Numbered from the stretch's first letter, positions 51,212-61,372 are shown. The stretch is DNA of 64,000 bases from Candidatus Freyarchaeum deiterrae (GCA_037305845.1 CP147778.1:1472001-1536000); one strand, 5' to 3'. Translations and numbers: made by a program. Notes: generated by a model from the sequence alone, not told the origin.

Positions 51212-51958
51212 TTAAATCTTGATTTTTATCATTTCGTGTTTTTTACCCATCCATTCAGCTAAGTTTTTTTCAACCATAATTTTCATAATCTCTTTCATGT
51301 CCTCTGGTGGTAAACTGCTGAACTCTTCTTTTTCATCCATTATCTCAAACAAGGTGAAATCGATATGCCCAGTTTTCATCGCCCAACGGTAGATGACTTC
51401 ACACCAGTCTTCGAGAGAACGCCAGTAAATTCTTACTAATGTCTTATCTTTATCCGACCACTTTATAGAACTCTTCGAACTCATATACTCTAGAATGTCT
51501 CTTAATGTAATCTCGGATAGTTTGTCGAACGGATTTTTCTGCATCAGTTCAGCTACACTAATCAAGTGTATTATCAGAAATTTTGCCCATTTTAACATGT
51601 AATTAGACCAATCGCTTCTCCAAGACTCTAAGAATTTGGTATTTTCAGGTTTAATATACATCCAGGGTAAGTTTACCCACTCAGGTGGAGGAGCCTTCCT
51701 TTCCATAACCTGTTGAGAACTATTTATAATAAGATCTTGAGACGTGCTGTAGGATTTGTTTAGTACACCCATTGCTGAGCTCTTTATGATTTGTAGTTCC
51801 ATTTTTAACCGCTCAATCTCTTCCCTTAGCATTTGAATCTTAAGCGCGTTTAATTCTGAAGCATCAAGCGACTCATCTATTTCTGTTTCGTCCGCTTCCG
51901 AAATATTCGGCTCTTTTGTAGTTTTTCCTTTTACGCGTTCCTTCTGTTTTTCCGACAT
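51212..51958 (-). CDS. vps25: ESCRT-II Vps25-like winged-helix protein with N-terminal coiled coil
   Basis: P-rich PPPEW..LPWMY start of the domain; IYWRSLEDW..IY.W, TLFEI, EF motifs typical of Vps25. Confidence 0.78.
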   Translation of the reverse strand: MSEKQKERVKGKTTKEPNISEADETEIDESLDASELNALKIQMLREEIERLKMELQIIKSSAMGVLNKSYSTSQDLIINSSQQVMERKAPPPEWVNLPWMYIKPENTKFLESWRSDWSNYMLKWAKFLIIHLISVAELMQKNPFDKLSEITLRDILEYMSSKSSIKWSDKDKTLVRIYWRSLEDWCEVIYRWAMKTGHIDFTLFEIMDEKEEFSSLPPEDMKEIMKIMVEKNLAEWMGKKHEMIKIKI

Positions 51959-51981
51959 TGTTATCCCAAGACCCGTAGAGT

Positions 51982-53148
51982 TTATTCCACTGAAAATTCG
52001 TCAGCCCATTCTTTGAACTTGACCAACTCCGAGGGGGAAACCACAGGCTTTACTCCCTGCAACGCCTCTAGAAAATCTTTACGATTTACAGGGCGCACCT
52101 TAACATTCTTATCAGTAAGCATACCATTCGCATCAAGCTCTCGGATAGGCATCATTAAAGCTTCCCTACATATCATGGCTATGTCGCTCCCCACATAGCC
52201 TTCTGTCAACTTCGCCATTTCTTTAAACTCTATGTCCTTTTCCAGCTCAACTCCTCGCGTATGTATTTTGAAAATTTCGTCTCTAGATTCTTCCTCAGGC
52301 ATGTTAATGTAAATTCTTTTTTCGAATCTCCTACGCAACGCTGGATCGAGCTCCCAAGGCACGTTAGTGGCTCCAAGAACAATTAGTCGATCCTTACTAT
52401 TTGAAGTCACTCCATCCATTTCCTGCATAAGCTGGGTTTTCAGCCTACGCTCCCCGCCTACTTCGTCTCCTTCACGCCTTGTTGCAACGCTATCAACTTC
52501 ATCAATGAAAACTATGGCGGGTTGCTTTGCGCGAGCAGTGTTGAAAAGTTCCCTCACCAGTTTTTCTGATTCACCTAACCACTTCGATACTATACTGGCT
52601 GCTGAAACATTAAAAAATGTAGCATTAACTTCTGATGCGACTGCTTTGGCAATTAGCGTTTTACCGCAACCGGGTGGACCGAATAACAATATACCTTTCC
52701 ATGGTTTTCGCGCTCCTTCGAATAGGTCTGGTCTCATTATTGGCAGAATTATCGCCTCTCTCAGAGCTTGTTTTGCAATGCTAAGATTTGCAATGTCGTT
52801 CCATTTAACGTCTGGTTTCTCTTCTATTATTATATCGGAAATTGCCTTTGATAATTCCGCCTCATCGTCTTCGCCTTCTTCTCTTGTTGTTACACTAGTT
52901 TTCTGCGAAGTGGTTGTACGGGGTGAACCGGAGCCCTTCTTAAGTTGTTTACAGCGTTTAACATATTTTTGTGCTCTCTCATAGTAAATTTGTCTCAGTT
53001 CAGGATTGTCGGTAAATTGTATGCATCTGAGTAGTATGTCAGCCGCTCTTAGATATTGTTCATAGGCTTGTTTATAATTTCCGCGGTTATCTTGTTCAAT
53101 TGCGTCTTGAGCTATTTGCGAAGCGTATTTAAACAGTTTTTCTGCCAT
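51982..53148 (-). CDS. vps4: Vps4-like AAA ATPase with MIT domain
   Basis: MIT (A..AIEQD..G.Y..A...Y), PWKGILLFGPPGCGKT, SKWLGESEKLV, RRRFEKRIYI. Confidence 0.93.
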   Translation of the reverse strand: MAEKLFKYASQIAQDAIEQDNRGNYKQAYEQYLRAADILLRCIQFTDNPELRQIYYERAQKYVKRCKQLKKGSGSPRTTTSQKTSVTTREEGEDDEAELSKAISDIIIEEKPDVKWNDIANLSIAKQALREAIILPIMRPDLFEGARKPWKGILLFGPPGCGKTLIAKAVASEVNATFFNVSAASIVSKWLGESEKLVRELFNTARAKQPAIVFIDEVDSVATRREGDEVGGERRLKTQLMQEMDGVTSNSKDRLIVLGATNVPWELDPALRRRFEKRIYINMPEEESRDEIFKIHTRGVELEKDIEFKEMAKLTEGYVGSDIAMICREALMMPIRELDANGMLTDKNVKVRPVNRKDFLEALQGVKPVVSPSELVKFKEWADEFSVE

Positions 53149-53321
53149 TTTTCCTCACTTACCTAGGTTTCTAGTTAATAAAGAGCTAGCCGAAAGTTAT
53201 TATTCTTTCTCTAAGTGCAATTCGGAAAAGCATTTCTTGAATAAAATCTCTTAAAAAGGAATATCTCTTGACGGAGAGAAATCCAATGTTGTGGCAGTAT
53301 TTTTAATTGCTGCGGGTTGTA

Positions 53322-54008
53322 TCATTCGTTTTTTTCTTTTGTGTATTTTTTTGGTAGTCTTTTGAAAGCGTAATAAAATCTCTGGAGAACTGTGAAATGA
53401 GTTAGAATGGCTAGTATGATAATTGCCCAATAAATAATAGGCTGTTGAGTGGGAAGCGTTGACGTTACGAATAGTACTCCTTGGATGAGAATTGCAACAC
53501 CCAGTATTACGAGTCGTTCTGGCCTTTCGGCTAACCCAATTCCTAAATTTTTTAGACCCGCTGCTTCCGCACGGGCTCTAGCGTAGCTCACCAAAAGGGC
53601 TCCAACTAGGGCAATAATTCCCCAGATAGTGTTGCAGTAACCCGCTATAATCAATGCTGCGAAAAAAAATACTTCAGTATAGCGGTCTAGCACCGAGTCT
53701 AGGAACCCGCCGAATGATGTTACCATACCCTTTGATCGAGCGACCAGCCCATCGAGTAAATCGCAGAATCCCACGCCAAATATAGTTATTGAAGTGAGAA
53801 TTAGTCTCCATCCTTCACCTATAAGATCAACGGGGTATATTAGGTTTCCAGCGATTAATACACCCCCAATAATAGAGAAAAGAAATCCTAAAATGGATAT
53901 GCGGTTAGGCGTTAATCCAATCCTAACCGCGCCGTCCGCTACCGGTAAAAATAATTTTGAAAGAGCCTCTTTGAATTTTCCCAGCAAACCATTACCTCCA
54001 GAAAGCAT
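53322..54008 (-). CDS. CDP-alcohol phosphatidyltransferase (archaetidylinositol-phosphate synthase-like)
   Basis: TPN, DLLDG.VAR..G..T.FGGFLDS.LDR, SYARARAE. Confidence 0.92.
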   Translation of the reverse strand: MLSGGNGLLGKFKEALSKLFLPVADGAVRIGLTPNRISILGFLFSIIGGVLIAGNLIYPVDLIGEGWRLILTSITIFGVGFCDLLDGLVARSKGMVTSFGGFLDSVLDRYTEVFFFAALIIAGYCNTIWGIIALVGALLVSYARARAEAAGLKNLGIGLAERPERLVILGVAILIQGVLFVTSTLPTQQPIIYWAIIILAILTHFTVLQRFYYAFKRLPKKYTKEKNE

Positions 54009-54074
54009 AATTTATCTCAATAGATGGGAGAATTATGAAGGTCGTATTTCTTTATTTATGAAGTTGTGCTTTTT

Positions 54075-55703
54075 CTATTGATAAGCTTCTCGTAATCTTT
54101 TAAGAAGCAAGCTTCTATCCATTAGTAGTATAAATGAACCAAGTCTTGGACCTTGTTTTTGTCCGAATAGAACTAGATAAATCAGTTGGAAAAACTTTTT
54201 AGAACCCAAATCTGCCTCTTCTTTCGCAACGCGATAAAGAATATTTTCTAATTCATTCTCTGTAAGTTCTCTGTCACCTAATCTTTCAACAAGTACCCTC
54301 AAGGCATCCTTTTCTTCTTCTTTGAGCTGTTGCTTTAGGGTAAGAGGAAGTTCCTCGAGAACTTTCAACTTTAATCTCTCGGGTGCGTATTTCTCAAGCC
54401 AAGCTTTAGCTTCATTCAGTCTTTTTTCAATTCTAATTTTATCCTCTTCAGAAGGTTCACCGCTGAGAAGACCAGTAGTTTTGAGTTTTGTTATCGCATC
54501 CTCTAGAAGCTTTTCTTTAGAAAGAGTTTGTATTAGAGTCACAGCGTGGGCATATCTTAGCTGGAAAGGTAGAACTTTGGGCGGCAATCTAAGCTGAGAC
54601 AGTTCGTAACTTCTTCTCATCTCGAATTCTTCTTTTTCCTGCGTAACTTTTTCAACTCCATAGTATACTCTCTCCGCTTGATCATAAATCTCGGAGTGCT
54701 CAGGGACTCGTGATACGTCTATAACTACCCTTTTCATAGGCTTATTTTTCAGGTAGAGATATCTAAGAACCTCCGGCTCCGACACTTCTAACCAATCAGC
54801 TGGCGTAATACCCAAAAAATCGCTGGAACCCATGTCACCCATATCTTTACCATCCACAGAGAAACCAACCCATTCGTAAGGATAACCAAAAGGCGGCTTC
54901 CTTTCAAAAATTTTTTCAACTATCTCGACACAACTGTCACGAGAGCCACCCGGAGTAGCATGATCCTTACCGTACGGTTCGAAACTTACATTAAAAAGCG
55001 CCCACAGAGCAGACCATTCCACACGCCAATTAAGTTTTCCGTCCTCCATACTTGAAACCCCTTGAGCTCCACAATGGTTGCAAACGTATTCAACCTTATA
55101 GTCATCAAGGTTTACACTTAGGATCTTATGTTGACCAATGGTAAGACACTCGTTACAAAAGGTCTCGAAGGGTATCCAATCTTTAGGATAGGGAGTTCTA
55201 CCTCTGTACTTGTTAATAACCTGTCTAAGCTCTTCTTTCCGCTGAATGGTTTTTCTGACAAGCTCTTTCATCCCTTCAGTTTTGTAAAGGTCAGTAGTTG
55301 AAACAGTTTTGACTCCAATAGAAAAACTATTTAAACAGTCTCTGAAGGGAGACCAATAGTGTTCTACCCAGTTATTGTGGCAACCAAAAGGGTCGGGGAC
55401 ATCAATCAAACGCCTGCTGCGATACTTTTCAGCTTCCTCTTTGTCAGAAAACTGCCCTAGTTGGGCTCCCTTGCCCTTCCACTGATCCTGTGTATAAAGA
55501 ACCAAAAAGTGTTCTGTTTCTTTCCCCATTCTTAAAAGTTCTTCCTTCACCGTATTCGTAAGAACAATTTCGCCACGAAGACGACCAAGATGTTGCAGTC
55601 CAGAAACAGACATTCCACAACTGCAAACGTAAAGCTCCCGATCTTTCCAGTACTCAACAATGTTTTCCACTGTTTCATCGATCCAATGCCAATATTTTTC
55701 CAA
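54075..55703 (-). CDS. lysS: class I lysyl-tRNA synthetase
   Basis: SG..HLG, GKL.WRVEW, EPYGKDH, GPRLG. Confidence 0.95.
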   Translation of the reverse strand: MEKYWHWIDETVENIVEYWKDRELYVCSCGMSVSGLQHLGRLRGEIVLTNTVKEELLRMGKETEHFLVLYTQDQWKGKGAQLGQFSDKEEAEKYRSRRLIDVPDPFGCHNNWVEHYWSPFRDCLNSFSIGVKTVSTTDLYKTEGMKELVRKTIQRKEELRQVINKYRGRTPYPKDWIPFETFCNECLTIGQHKILSVNLDDYKVEYVCNHCGAQGVSSMEDGKLNWRVEWSALWALFNVSFEPYGKDHATPGGSRDSCVEIVEKIFERKPPFGYPYEWVGFSVDGKDMGDMGSSDFLGITPADWLEVSEPEVLRYLYLKNKPMKRVVIDVSRVPEHSEIYDQAERVYYGVEKVTQEKEEFEMRRSYELSQLRLPPKVLPFQLRYAHAVTLIQTLSKEKLLEDAITKLKTTGLLSGEPSEEDKIRIEKRLNEAKAWLEKYAPERLKLKVLEELPLTLKQQLKEEEKDALRVLVERLGDRELTENELENILYRVAKEEADLGSKKFFQLIYLVLFGQKQGPRLGSFILLMDRSLLLKRLREAYQ

Positions 55704-55884
55704 TACACTACCTTCTTAACCTTTTACATCATCGAAACAAACACGTATTAGTAAATCTTTCGGACAAATGCAATTTTGCTTAAAAATTAATTTCAAGGGG
55801 AAGATGATGGAAACATTTTTGTTATACTAAACATGTTTAGAAAAATTTAAGTATTTGTATGAATCGCATTCATATGAGTTTTAA

Positions 55885-56048
55885 GCGGCCTTGGTCTAGT
55901 GGCTAGGATTCCAGCCTGCCACACCCTACCCCAAGGTAGGTGGGCGAAGCTGGTGATAATCGAAGCTTAGGTTTCCTTTACTAGGCGCCCGGGTTCGAAA
56001 AAATGTAAGGGATATCCCCCTTTTCTGAAACTCCCGGAGGCCGCACCA
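55885..56048 (+). tRNA. tRNA-Gly(GCC) with three introns (55923..55948 at 38/39, 55956..55986 variable loop, 56000..56031 T-loop)
   Basis: GCGGCCT/AGGCCGC, CCAGC-CTGCCAC|-GCTGG, CCA; 75 nt after splicing. Confidence 0.9.
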
Positions 56049-56067
56049 ATTAAACTTGCTGTATTAT

Positions 56068-56766
56068 TCATTTTTTGTTTGAATTCTTATTTAGGACTAT
56101 TTCTTCGTAGCAGTATAGGGTTCTTGAGACAACTATCCAAGTGTCTAGGGTTTCATGGGATATTGATATCTTTTTATCGGATAGATTTAATGTCTTTTGA
56201 GAGAAGTCTCCGTGGGGGAAGCCACCTATTATTATCACTGGATTTTCTTGTTTTGAGCATTCATTCATGATTGGTTTTAGTTTTGAAAAGGTTCCTTTTT
56301 CTGTGAACATTATTGTTTCAGATGGTTTCAAATTTTTGATTAGGGTTTCTAGAGTCATTTTTTCCAAGGTTAATAGCGGAGGCCCCTCTGGGGGCACCTT
56401 TCCGAGATTGTAAAGTTGTTCCATGAGACCGATGAATCGGTTGTAATTTTTTGGTAGTCTGGTTTGGGGGTCTATTCTGATTACTAAATCTTGGACAGTG
56501 TGAACGAATATTTGTAGAAACCCGCGTTTGTTTAGGGGAGTGCCCAATGCTGCGAGTAGGGAGAGATGTACGATATCCGGACGCCCCCTTTTTTCAGGGT
56601 TTGGTAGCTTCTGTAAGATTCGGCGGTGTAAGGAGACATCTAGTATTGTTCCGTCTTTCTTTCTCTCCTTTTTTCCTAGAGGTTTATTAAGGCCGTATCT
56701 CTCATTTTTGGGAGAAATGGTTTCTAAGGAGGATTCGGCCAAGATTAGTGTTAGCATTTTTCCCAC
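56068..56766 (-). CDS. nep1: Nep1/Emg1 rRNA pseudouridine N1-methyltransferase
   Basis: RGRPDIVH, RLPKNYNRF.GL..QL, IGGFPHG. Confidence 0.95.
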   Translation of the reverse strand: MGKMLTLILAESSLETISPKNERYGLNKPLGKKERKKDGTILDVSLHRRILQKLPNPEKRGRPDIVHLSLLAALGTPLNKRGFLQIFVHTVQDLVIRIDPQTRLPKNYNRFIGLMEQLYNLGKVPPEGPPLLTLEKMTLETLIKNLKPSETIMFTEKGTFSKLKPIMNECSKQENPVIIIGGFPHGDFSQKTLNLSDKKISISHETLDTWIVVSRTLYCYEEIVLNKNSNKK

Positions 56767-56917
56767 TTTTATTGAAAGAGTAATCTTTAAAACATGTATA
56801 TGAGTTTTTCATTTGATTAAATGTTGGTTAATAATTGATATTTTGATTGTTAAATCCGTTGTTATAAGGTTATTATGTTTAATTATTTTAGATATTGTTT
56901 CTGACTGCTGATGTTCG

Positions 56918-57247
56918 GTGATACTTTTGATGTCTAGGTCAAAGAAGCGTAGAAGGATAGAGGTCGAGAGGATTTCCAAAGAGAGGATAGAATATTTGAT
57001 GAGCCTAGCGGATGAAGTGTTTTTACAGGATCCGAATAGAGCGCAACGTTACGTGGATTTGAGTTTGAGGATAGCTATGAGAAACAGAGTTAGGCTTCCC
57101 AGAGTTTGGCGCAGGAGGATTTGTCATAATTGTAAGGCTTTTCTCTGGCCTGGTGTTAATTGCAGGATTAGATTGAGAAAAAGACGCCAGCATCATGTAG
57201 TGGTAACCTGTTTTAACTGCGGGCACTATACACGTTATAATATTTAG
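56918..57247 (+). CDS. rnp4: RNase P protein component 4 (Rpp21)
   Basis: ERI..L, RYV, CxxC...PG...R.R...CxxCG. Confidence 0.93.
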   Translation: MILLMSRSKKRRRIEVERISKERIEYLMSLADEVFLQDPNRAQRYVDLSLRIAMRNRVRLPRVWRRRICHNCKAFLWPGVNCRIRLRKRRQHHVVVTCFNCGHYTRYNI

Positions 57248-57259
57248 GAGTTCTAGAGG

Positions 57260-57526
57260 ATGGAAAAAAGGAACAGTGAAATAATCAAGGAGATAAGAAG
57301 CAAATCGGCGGCCCTCATCTTGGGTAAGAACGGAGTAACAGAGGAATTTATTGGGGAGGTTAAAAGGCAGTTAAAAAGAAAAAAGGTATTAAAAATTAAA
57401 GTGCTAAAGAGCTTACTGGTCGAAAAAAGTGTGGATGAGTTTGCCTCGGAGGTAGCAGCAAAATCGAATTCCAAGCTTTTAGAAACTAGGGGATACACCA
57501 TGCTGCTTGCTAGGAGCCGTTTTTAA
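57260..57526 (+). CDS. YhbY/CRM RNA-binding protein
   Basis: LGKNGVT, KIKVLK, RG.T..L. Confidence 0.88.
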   Translation: MEKRNSEIIKEIRSKSAALILGKNGVTEEFIGEVKRQLKRKKVLKIKVLKSLLVEKSVDEFASEVAAKSNSKLLETRGYTMLLARSRF

Positions 57527-57616
57527 TTAATACGTCATGTTTATATAATCTTCGGGAAAGATGTTAATAGCTTTATGTTACTATACACTAACGCCCTATT
57601 GAATGGTGAAATGTGA

Positions 57617-58057
57617 ATGTCAACAGTTTACGATGTACCCGCATGGAAACTTATTGTAGAGGTAGCGGAAATTCTTAAAAAGGATCACCCAGAGGTCACA
57701 CCGCCACAGTATTCCCAGTTTTGGAAGACCGGCATATTTAAGGAGAGAGCGCCGGAAAGGCCAGACTGGTGGTGGATTCGATGCGCGTCTATACTTAGAA
57801 AAGTATATTTGACTGGCCCCGTGGGGATCTCGAGGATGAGAACAGTCTACGGCGGAAGAAATAGAAGGGATGTTAAATTAGCACACTTTGCGAGAGGCAG
57901 TGGCTCAATAATAAGAAAAGCATTCCAGCAACTTCATAAAGCGGGTTTGCTTGAAATAACGGAGGGAAAAGGAAGAAGAATCAGTGGAAAGGGAAAATCG
58001 CTACTAGATAGGGCTTCCCATCAAGTTAATCTGAAATTAGAAAAGGTAGCATCTTAA
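57617..58057 (+). CDS. rps19e: ribosomal protein eS19
   Basis: TVYDVP, KTG..KE..P, R.ASILRKVY, GSGSIIRK. Confidence 0.97.
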   Translation: MSTVYDVPAWKLIVEVAEILKKDHPEVTPPQYSQFWKTGIFKERAPERPDWWWIRCASILRKVYLTGPVGISRMRTVYGGRNRRDVKLAHFARGSGSIIRKAFQQLHKAGLLEITEGKGRRISGKGKSLLDRASHQVNLKLEKVAS

Positions 58058-58073
58058 AAGATGTAGTAAGGAT

Positions 58074-58415
58074 GTGGCTTCTTTGTCAGGTGAAGAAGAA
58101 ATAGATGAAATTAAGAAGCGTAGAATGTTACAACTCCAGCAGCAAATAATTGAGGCTCAAAGGCAGGAAAAGGCTCAAAGGGAATATGAAACCCAGAAGC
58201 AAGCAGCTCTCAGACAAATACTGACACCGGAAGCCAGAAGCAGGCTCACCAATCTTAAAATGGTTAAACCAGAGTTTGCCGACCAAATAGAAATTCAACT
58301 CATTCAGTTAGCACAATCAGGAAGGATTAATGCGCCTCTAACCGATGAACAACTTAAAACGATACTTAAACAGTTACAGGAAAAAAAGAGAGAGACGAAG
58401 ATAAAATACAGATAA
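58074..58415 (+). CDS. PDCD5-like DNA-binding protein
   Basis: LRQILTPEARSRL.N, QLIQLAQSG. Confidence 0.93.
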   Translation: MASLSGEEEIDEIKKRRMLQLQQQIIEAQRQEKAQREYETQKQAALRQILTPEARSRLTNLKMVKPEFADQIEIQLIQLAQSGRINAPLTDEQLKTILKQLQEKKRETKIKYR

Positions 58416-58429
58416 GGAGATAACCTACC

Positions 58430-58585
58430 ATGGCCAGAAATAAGCCCCTAGCAAAAAAGCTTAGACTAGGAAAAGCGGGTAAACAAAACCAAGGAACCCC
58501 AACTTGGATCATAGTTAAAACAAGAGGTCGGGTGAGAACTCATCCGAAGCGCAGAAATTGGAGATCCAGCCACCTTCAGAGGTGA
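58430..58585 (+). CDS. rpl39e: ribosomal protein eL39 (51 aa, below ORF-track cutoff)
   Basis: [20 protein letters not shown]...PTWIIVKT...HPKRRNWR. Confidence 0.95.
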   Translation: MARNKPLAKKLRLGKAGKQNQGTPTWIIVKTRGRVRTHPKRRNWRSSHLQR

Positions 58586-58590
58586 AATGA

Positions 58591-58989
58591 ATGTCTAAAG
58601 AGAAGACTGCAAAAAAGAAGACTGCTGAAGAGAAGACGAAGACTACGAAAGTAAAGACTGCAAAAAAGAAGATTTCTGAAGAGAAAGAAGAGAAGACTTC
58701 AGAAGAAAGAGCTCCCAGTGCAGAAAAAAAGATTGTATTAGAACGTGTTTATACGGTTCCGCTCAAAGACGCGAGATATGTTGCTCCGAATCGCAGAGCT
58801 AGTAAGGCAATAAGAATTTTGAAAAAGTTTATTGAAAGGCACCTCAAGGCAGGGAGCATTGTTATTCTTCCAGAGGTAAATGAAAAAATATGGGAGAGGG
58901 GCATAAAAAAGCCTCCACGTAAGATTAGAGTAAAGGCTTCCAAGGATGAAGATGGTTTAGTGGAAGTAGCTCTTGCTGTTGAGGAGTAA
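58591..58989 (+). CDS. rpl31e: ribosomal protein eL31 with Lys/Glu/Thr-rich N-terminal extension
   Basis: ERVYTVPL, RA.KA, VNEKIWERG..KPP. Confidence 0.95.
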   Translation: MSKEKTAKKKTAEEKTKTTKVKTAKKKISEEKEEKTSEERAPSAEKKIVLERVYTVPLKDARYVAPNRRASKAIRILKKFIERHLKAGSIVILPEVNEKIWERGIKKPPRKIRVKASKDEDGLVEVALAVEE

Positions 58990-59005
58990 GCGGGGTAGAC
59001 CCTAT

Positions 59006-59674
59006 TTGGTTATTATGAGGAGTAGCGTTTTTGGCGATTCTAACATAGGCGTATTTTTATTGGTTACTGAAAACTATGCTATTTTACCGAAAAGTAGGCC
59101 AATAACCAATAAGAGATTGATTGAAAGAGCTCTTAACGTGGAGATTGTTGAAACAAATATAGGACAAAGCTTTATTATCGGTGTTTTGGCAGCTGGAAAT
59201 TCTGGTGGTTTAGTGGTTCCAGAGTTTACTAGCGATGAGGAAATTGAAAATATTAAACAGCATCTCGATATTAATATTGAGAGAGTACCGGGAAAAATCA
59301 ATGCCTTGGGAAACACGATTCTTGTGAATGATAATGCAGCTTTGGTTCACCCAGGGTTTAGTGAGGAAGCCATAAATGTTATAAAGAAAAACCTAAATGT
59401 TGATGTTTACCAAGGAAATATCGCGGAGTCTCCCTTGGTTAGCTCAGTAGCGGTTGCAACAAACAGCGGGATTTTGGCTCATCCCTTAACAGATGATAAA
59501 ACTTTGGAATGGCTTAGCGAAAAATTCAATACACCTGCAAATGTAGGAACAATTAATTGTGGTTATCCGTATGTAAAAATTGGTCTGGTGGCAAACACTA
59601 AGGGAGCCTTGGCGGGTAAAGAAACCACAGGTCCTGAACTATTTCAAATAGGTCAAGCGCTAAATCTTGAATAG
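59006..59674 (+). CDS. eif6: translation initiation factor 6
   Basis: NIGVF, GNS.G, ALGN.ILVND, GTIN.G, G..TTGPE. Confidence 0.95.
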   Translation: MVIMRSSVFGDSNIGVFLLVTENYAILPKSRPITNKRLIERALNVEIVETNIGQSFIIGVLAAGNSGGLVVPEFTSDEEIENIKQHLDINIERVPGKINALGNTILVNDNAALVHPGFSEEAINVIKKNLNVDVYQGNIAESPLVSSVAVATNSGILAHPLTDDKTLEWLSEKFNTPANVGTINCGYPYVKIGLVANTKGALAGKETTGPELFQIGQALNLE

Positions 59675-59691
59675 AGCAGGAGAGATAAAAC

Positions 59692-59940
59692 ATGTCGAAG
59701 GAACCCGAAGTAAAAATATTCAGAGTAAAAGGAAAGATTGTCGGAAAAAGAGAAAAAATTCCATTTATTAGAGAGATTAGAGCATTAAACGAAGAAGATG
59801 CGAAAGAAATTGTATATTCAGAAATTGGAAGCAAACACAAAGTTATTAGAAAACACATTCAAGTAGAAGAGATAAAAACCATAGATCCGAAAGAAAGCAA
59901 AGACCCAATTATAAGACATCTTTCAGGTTTGGAGAGGTAG
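59692..59940 (+). CDS. rpl18a: ribosomal protein eL20 (LX/L18a)
   Basis: KIFRVKG, A.E.VYSEIGSKH. Confidence 0.93.
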   Translation: MSKEPEVKIFRVKGKIVGKREKIPFIREIRALNEEDAKEIVYSEIGSKHKVIRKHIQVEEIKTIDPKESKDPIIRHLSGLER

Positions 59941-59944
59941 TAAC

Positions 59945-60367
59945 ATGTCAGAGGATGAACGTAATTTAGAAAAAATACTTGTAGAATTGAATACTTATGA
60001 ACAACAGGCTCAAATTCTGCAGAGAAGAATAGACCTGATAAATTCTTCACTTCAGGAAATAGCGTTAACCAGTGAGTCTCTAGAGGAACTCAAAAATATC
60101 GAAGAGGATAATGAGGTTCTTATGCCCTTGGGATCTGGTATCTATGTTAAAGCAAGAGTAGTTGAGAGAAAAAAAGTGATATTCAGTCTTGGAGCGGATA
60201 TAGTTGCAGACAGAGATATTACGGGTGCACAGCTCAGCCTAGATCAGAGATCTATGGCTCTTCAAAATGCGCTGCAGAACACTGGGCAACAGTTGCAGCA
60301 GATGGCTGGTAGGATGAACGAATTAAACAGAACAGCGCAAGCTCTTGCCAACAAAGTGAAGAGCTAA
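59945..60367 (+). CDS. pfdA: prefoldin alpha subunit
   Basis: coiled coils flanking VLMPLGSG..V and LGA hairpins. Confidence 0.92.
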   Translation: MSEDERNLEKILVELNTYEQQAQILQRRIDLINSSLQEIALTSESLEELKNIEEDNEVLMPLGSGIYVKARVVERKKVIFSLGADIVADRDITGAQLSLDQRSMALQNALQNTGQQLQQMAGRMNELNRTAQALANKVKS

Positions 60368-60452
60368 AACTTTTAAAAATCTAATTTATTTTTAAAACTG
60401 TATTCTAATTTGCCTAATTGTTTTTATTCATATATTCTGCGGGGAACACTCA

Positions 60453-61361
60453 GTGTTTGATAAGTTCAAGACAAGTTTGGGTAAAGTGGTTGAGAAGCTG
60501 AGTACGAAGGAATTAAGCGATAAAAGCTTGGATGAAGTTTTGTGGGATTTGCAGCTAACTCTTATTCAAAACGATGTATCGGTAAAAGTTGCAGAATTGA
60601 TAGCAAATGATGTGAAAAAAGAGTTAATGGGAGAAAGGGTCGGCAGATTTGAGAACACTCGTGAGAGAGTTAATGCTGCTCTAGAAAAGGCAATCTATAA
60701 TGTTCTTTCCAGTAAACAGAATATTGATATTTTCCAAATGGCGAAAGAAAAGAAATCAGAGAAAAAACCACTCACAATAGTTGTTGTGGGAATAAATGGT
60801 ACTGGAAAGACCACCACAATAGCTAAGCTCGCTTACGCCTTTCAAAAAAATGGTTTCAATTGTGTTTTAGCCGCAGCAGACACCTATAGAGCGGGCAGCA
60901 TTGAACAAATAGAAAAGCATGCCAAAAATCTCGGTATCAGAGTAATAAAACACGATTATCATTCCGACGCAGCATCTGTGGCATTTGATGCCGTCAAACA
61001 TGCAGAGGCCCGAAATATTAATGTTGTTTTAATTGATACAGCTGGGAGAATACAGACCAATGTGAATCTGCTGGATGAGATGAAAAAGATTATACGCATA
61101 GTTAATCCAGATATAAAAATATTCATAGGCGACGCCCTAACCGGAAATGACGCGGTGGATCAGGCGGAGAAGTTTAATGAAGCAATTCAATTTGATGCTT
61201 CCATAATAGCTAAAGTTGATGCTGATACAAAAGGCGGAGTAGCTCTCTCAATTTCTTACGCTACTAAAAAGCCTATAATTTTCGTAGGAACCGGTCAAAA
61301 ATATAGTGACTTAGAACCCTTTAATCCAGAATGGTTTACAAATAAAATTTTGGGAAAATAG
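60453..61361 (+). CDS. ftsY: SRP receptor FtsY
   Basis: GINGTGKTTTIAK, DTYRAG, DTAGR, GTGQ. Confidence 0.96.
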   Translation: MFDKFKTSLGKVVEKLSTKELSDKSLDEVLWDLQLTLIQNDVSVKVAELIANDVKKELMGERVGRFENTRERVNAALEKAIYNVLSSKQNIDIFQMAKEKKSEKKPLTIVVVGINGTGKTTTIAKLAYAFQKNGFNCVLAAADTYRAGSIEQIEKHAKNLGIRVIKHDYHSDAASVAFDAVKHAEARNINVVLIDTAGRIQTNVNLLDEMKKIIRIVNPDIKIFIGDALTGNDAVDQAEKFNEAIQFDASIIAKVDADTKGGVALSISYATKKPIIFVGTGQKYSDLEPFNPEWFTNKILGK

Positions 61362-61372
61362 GGGGAACTTTT

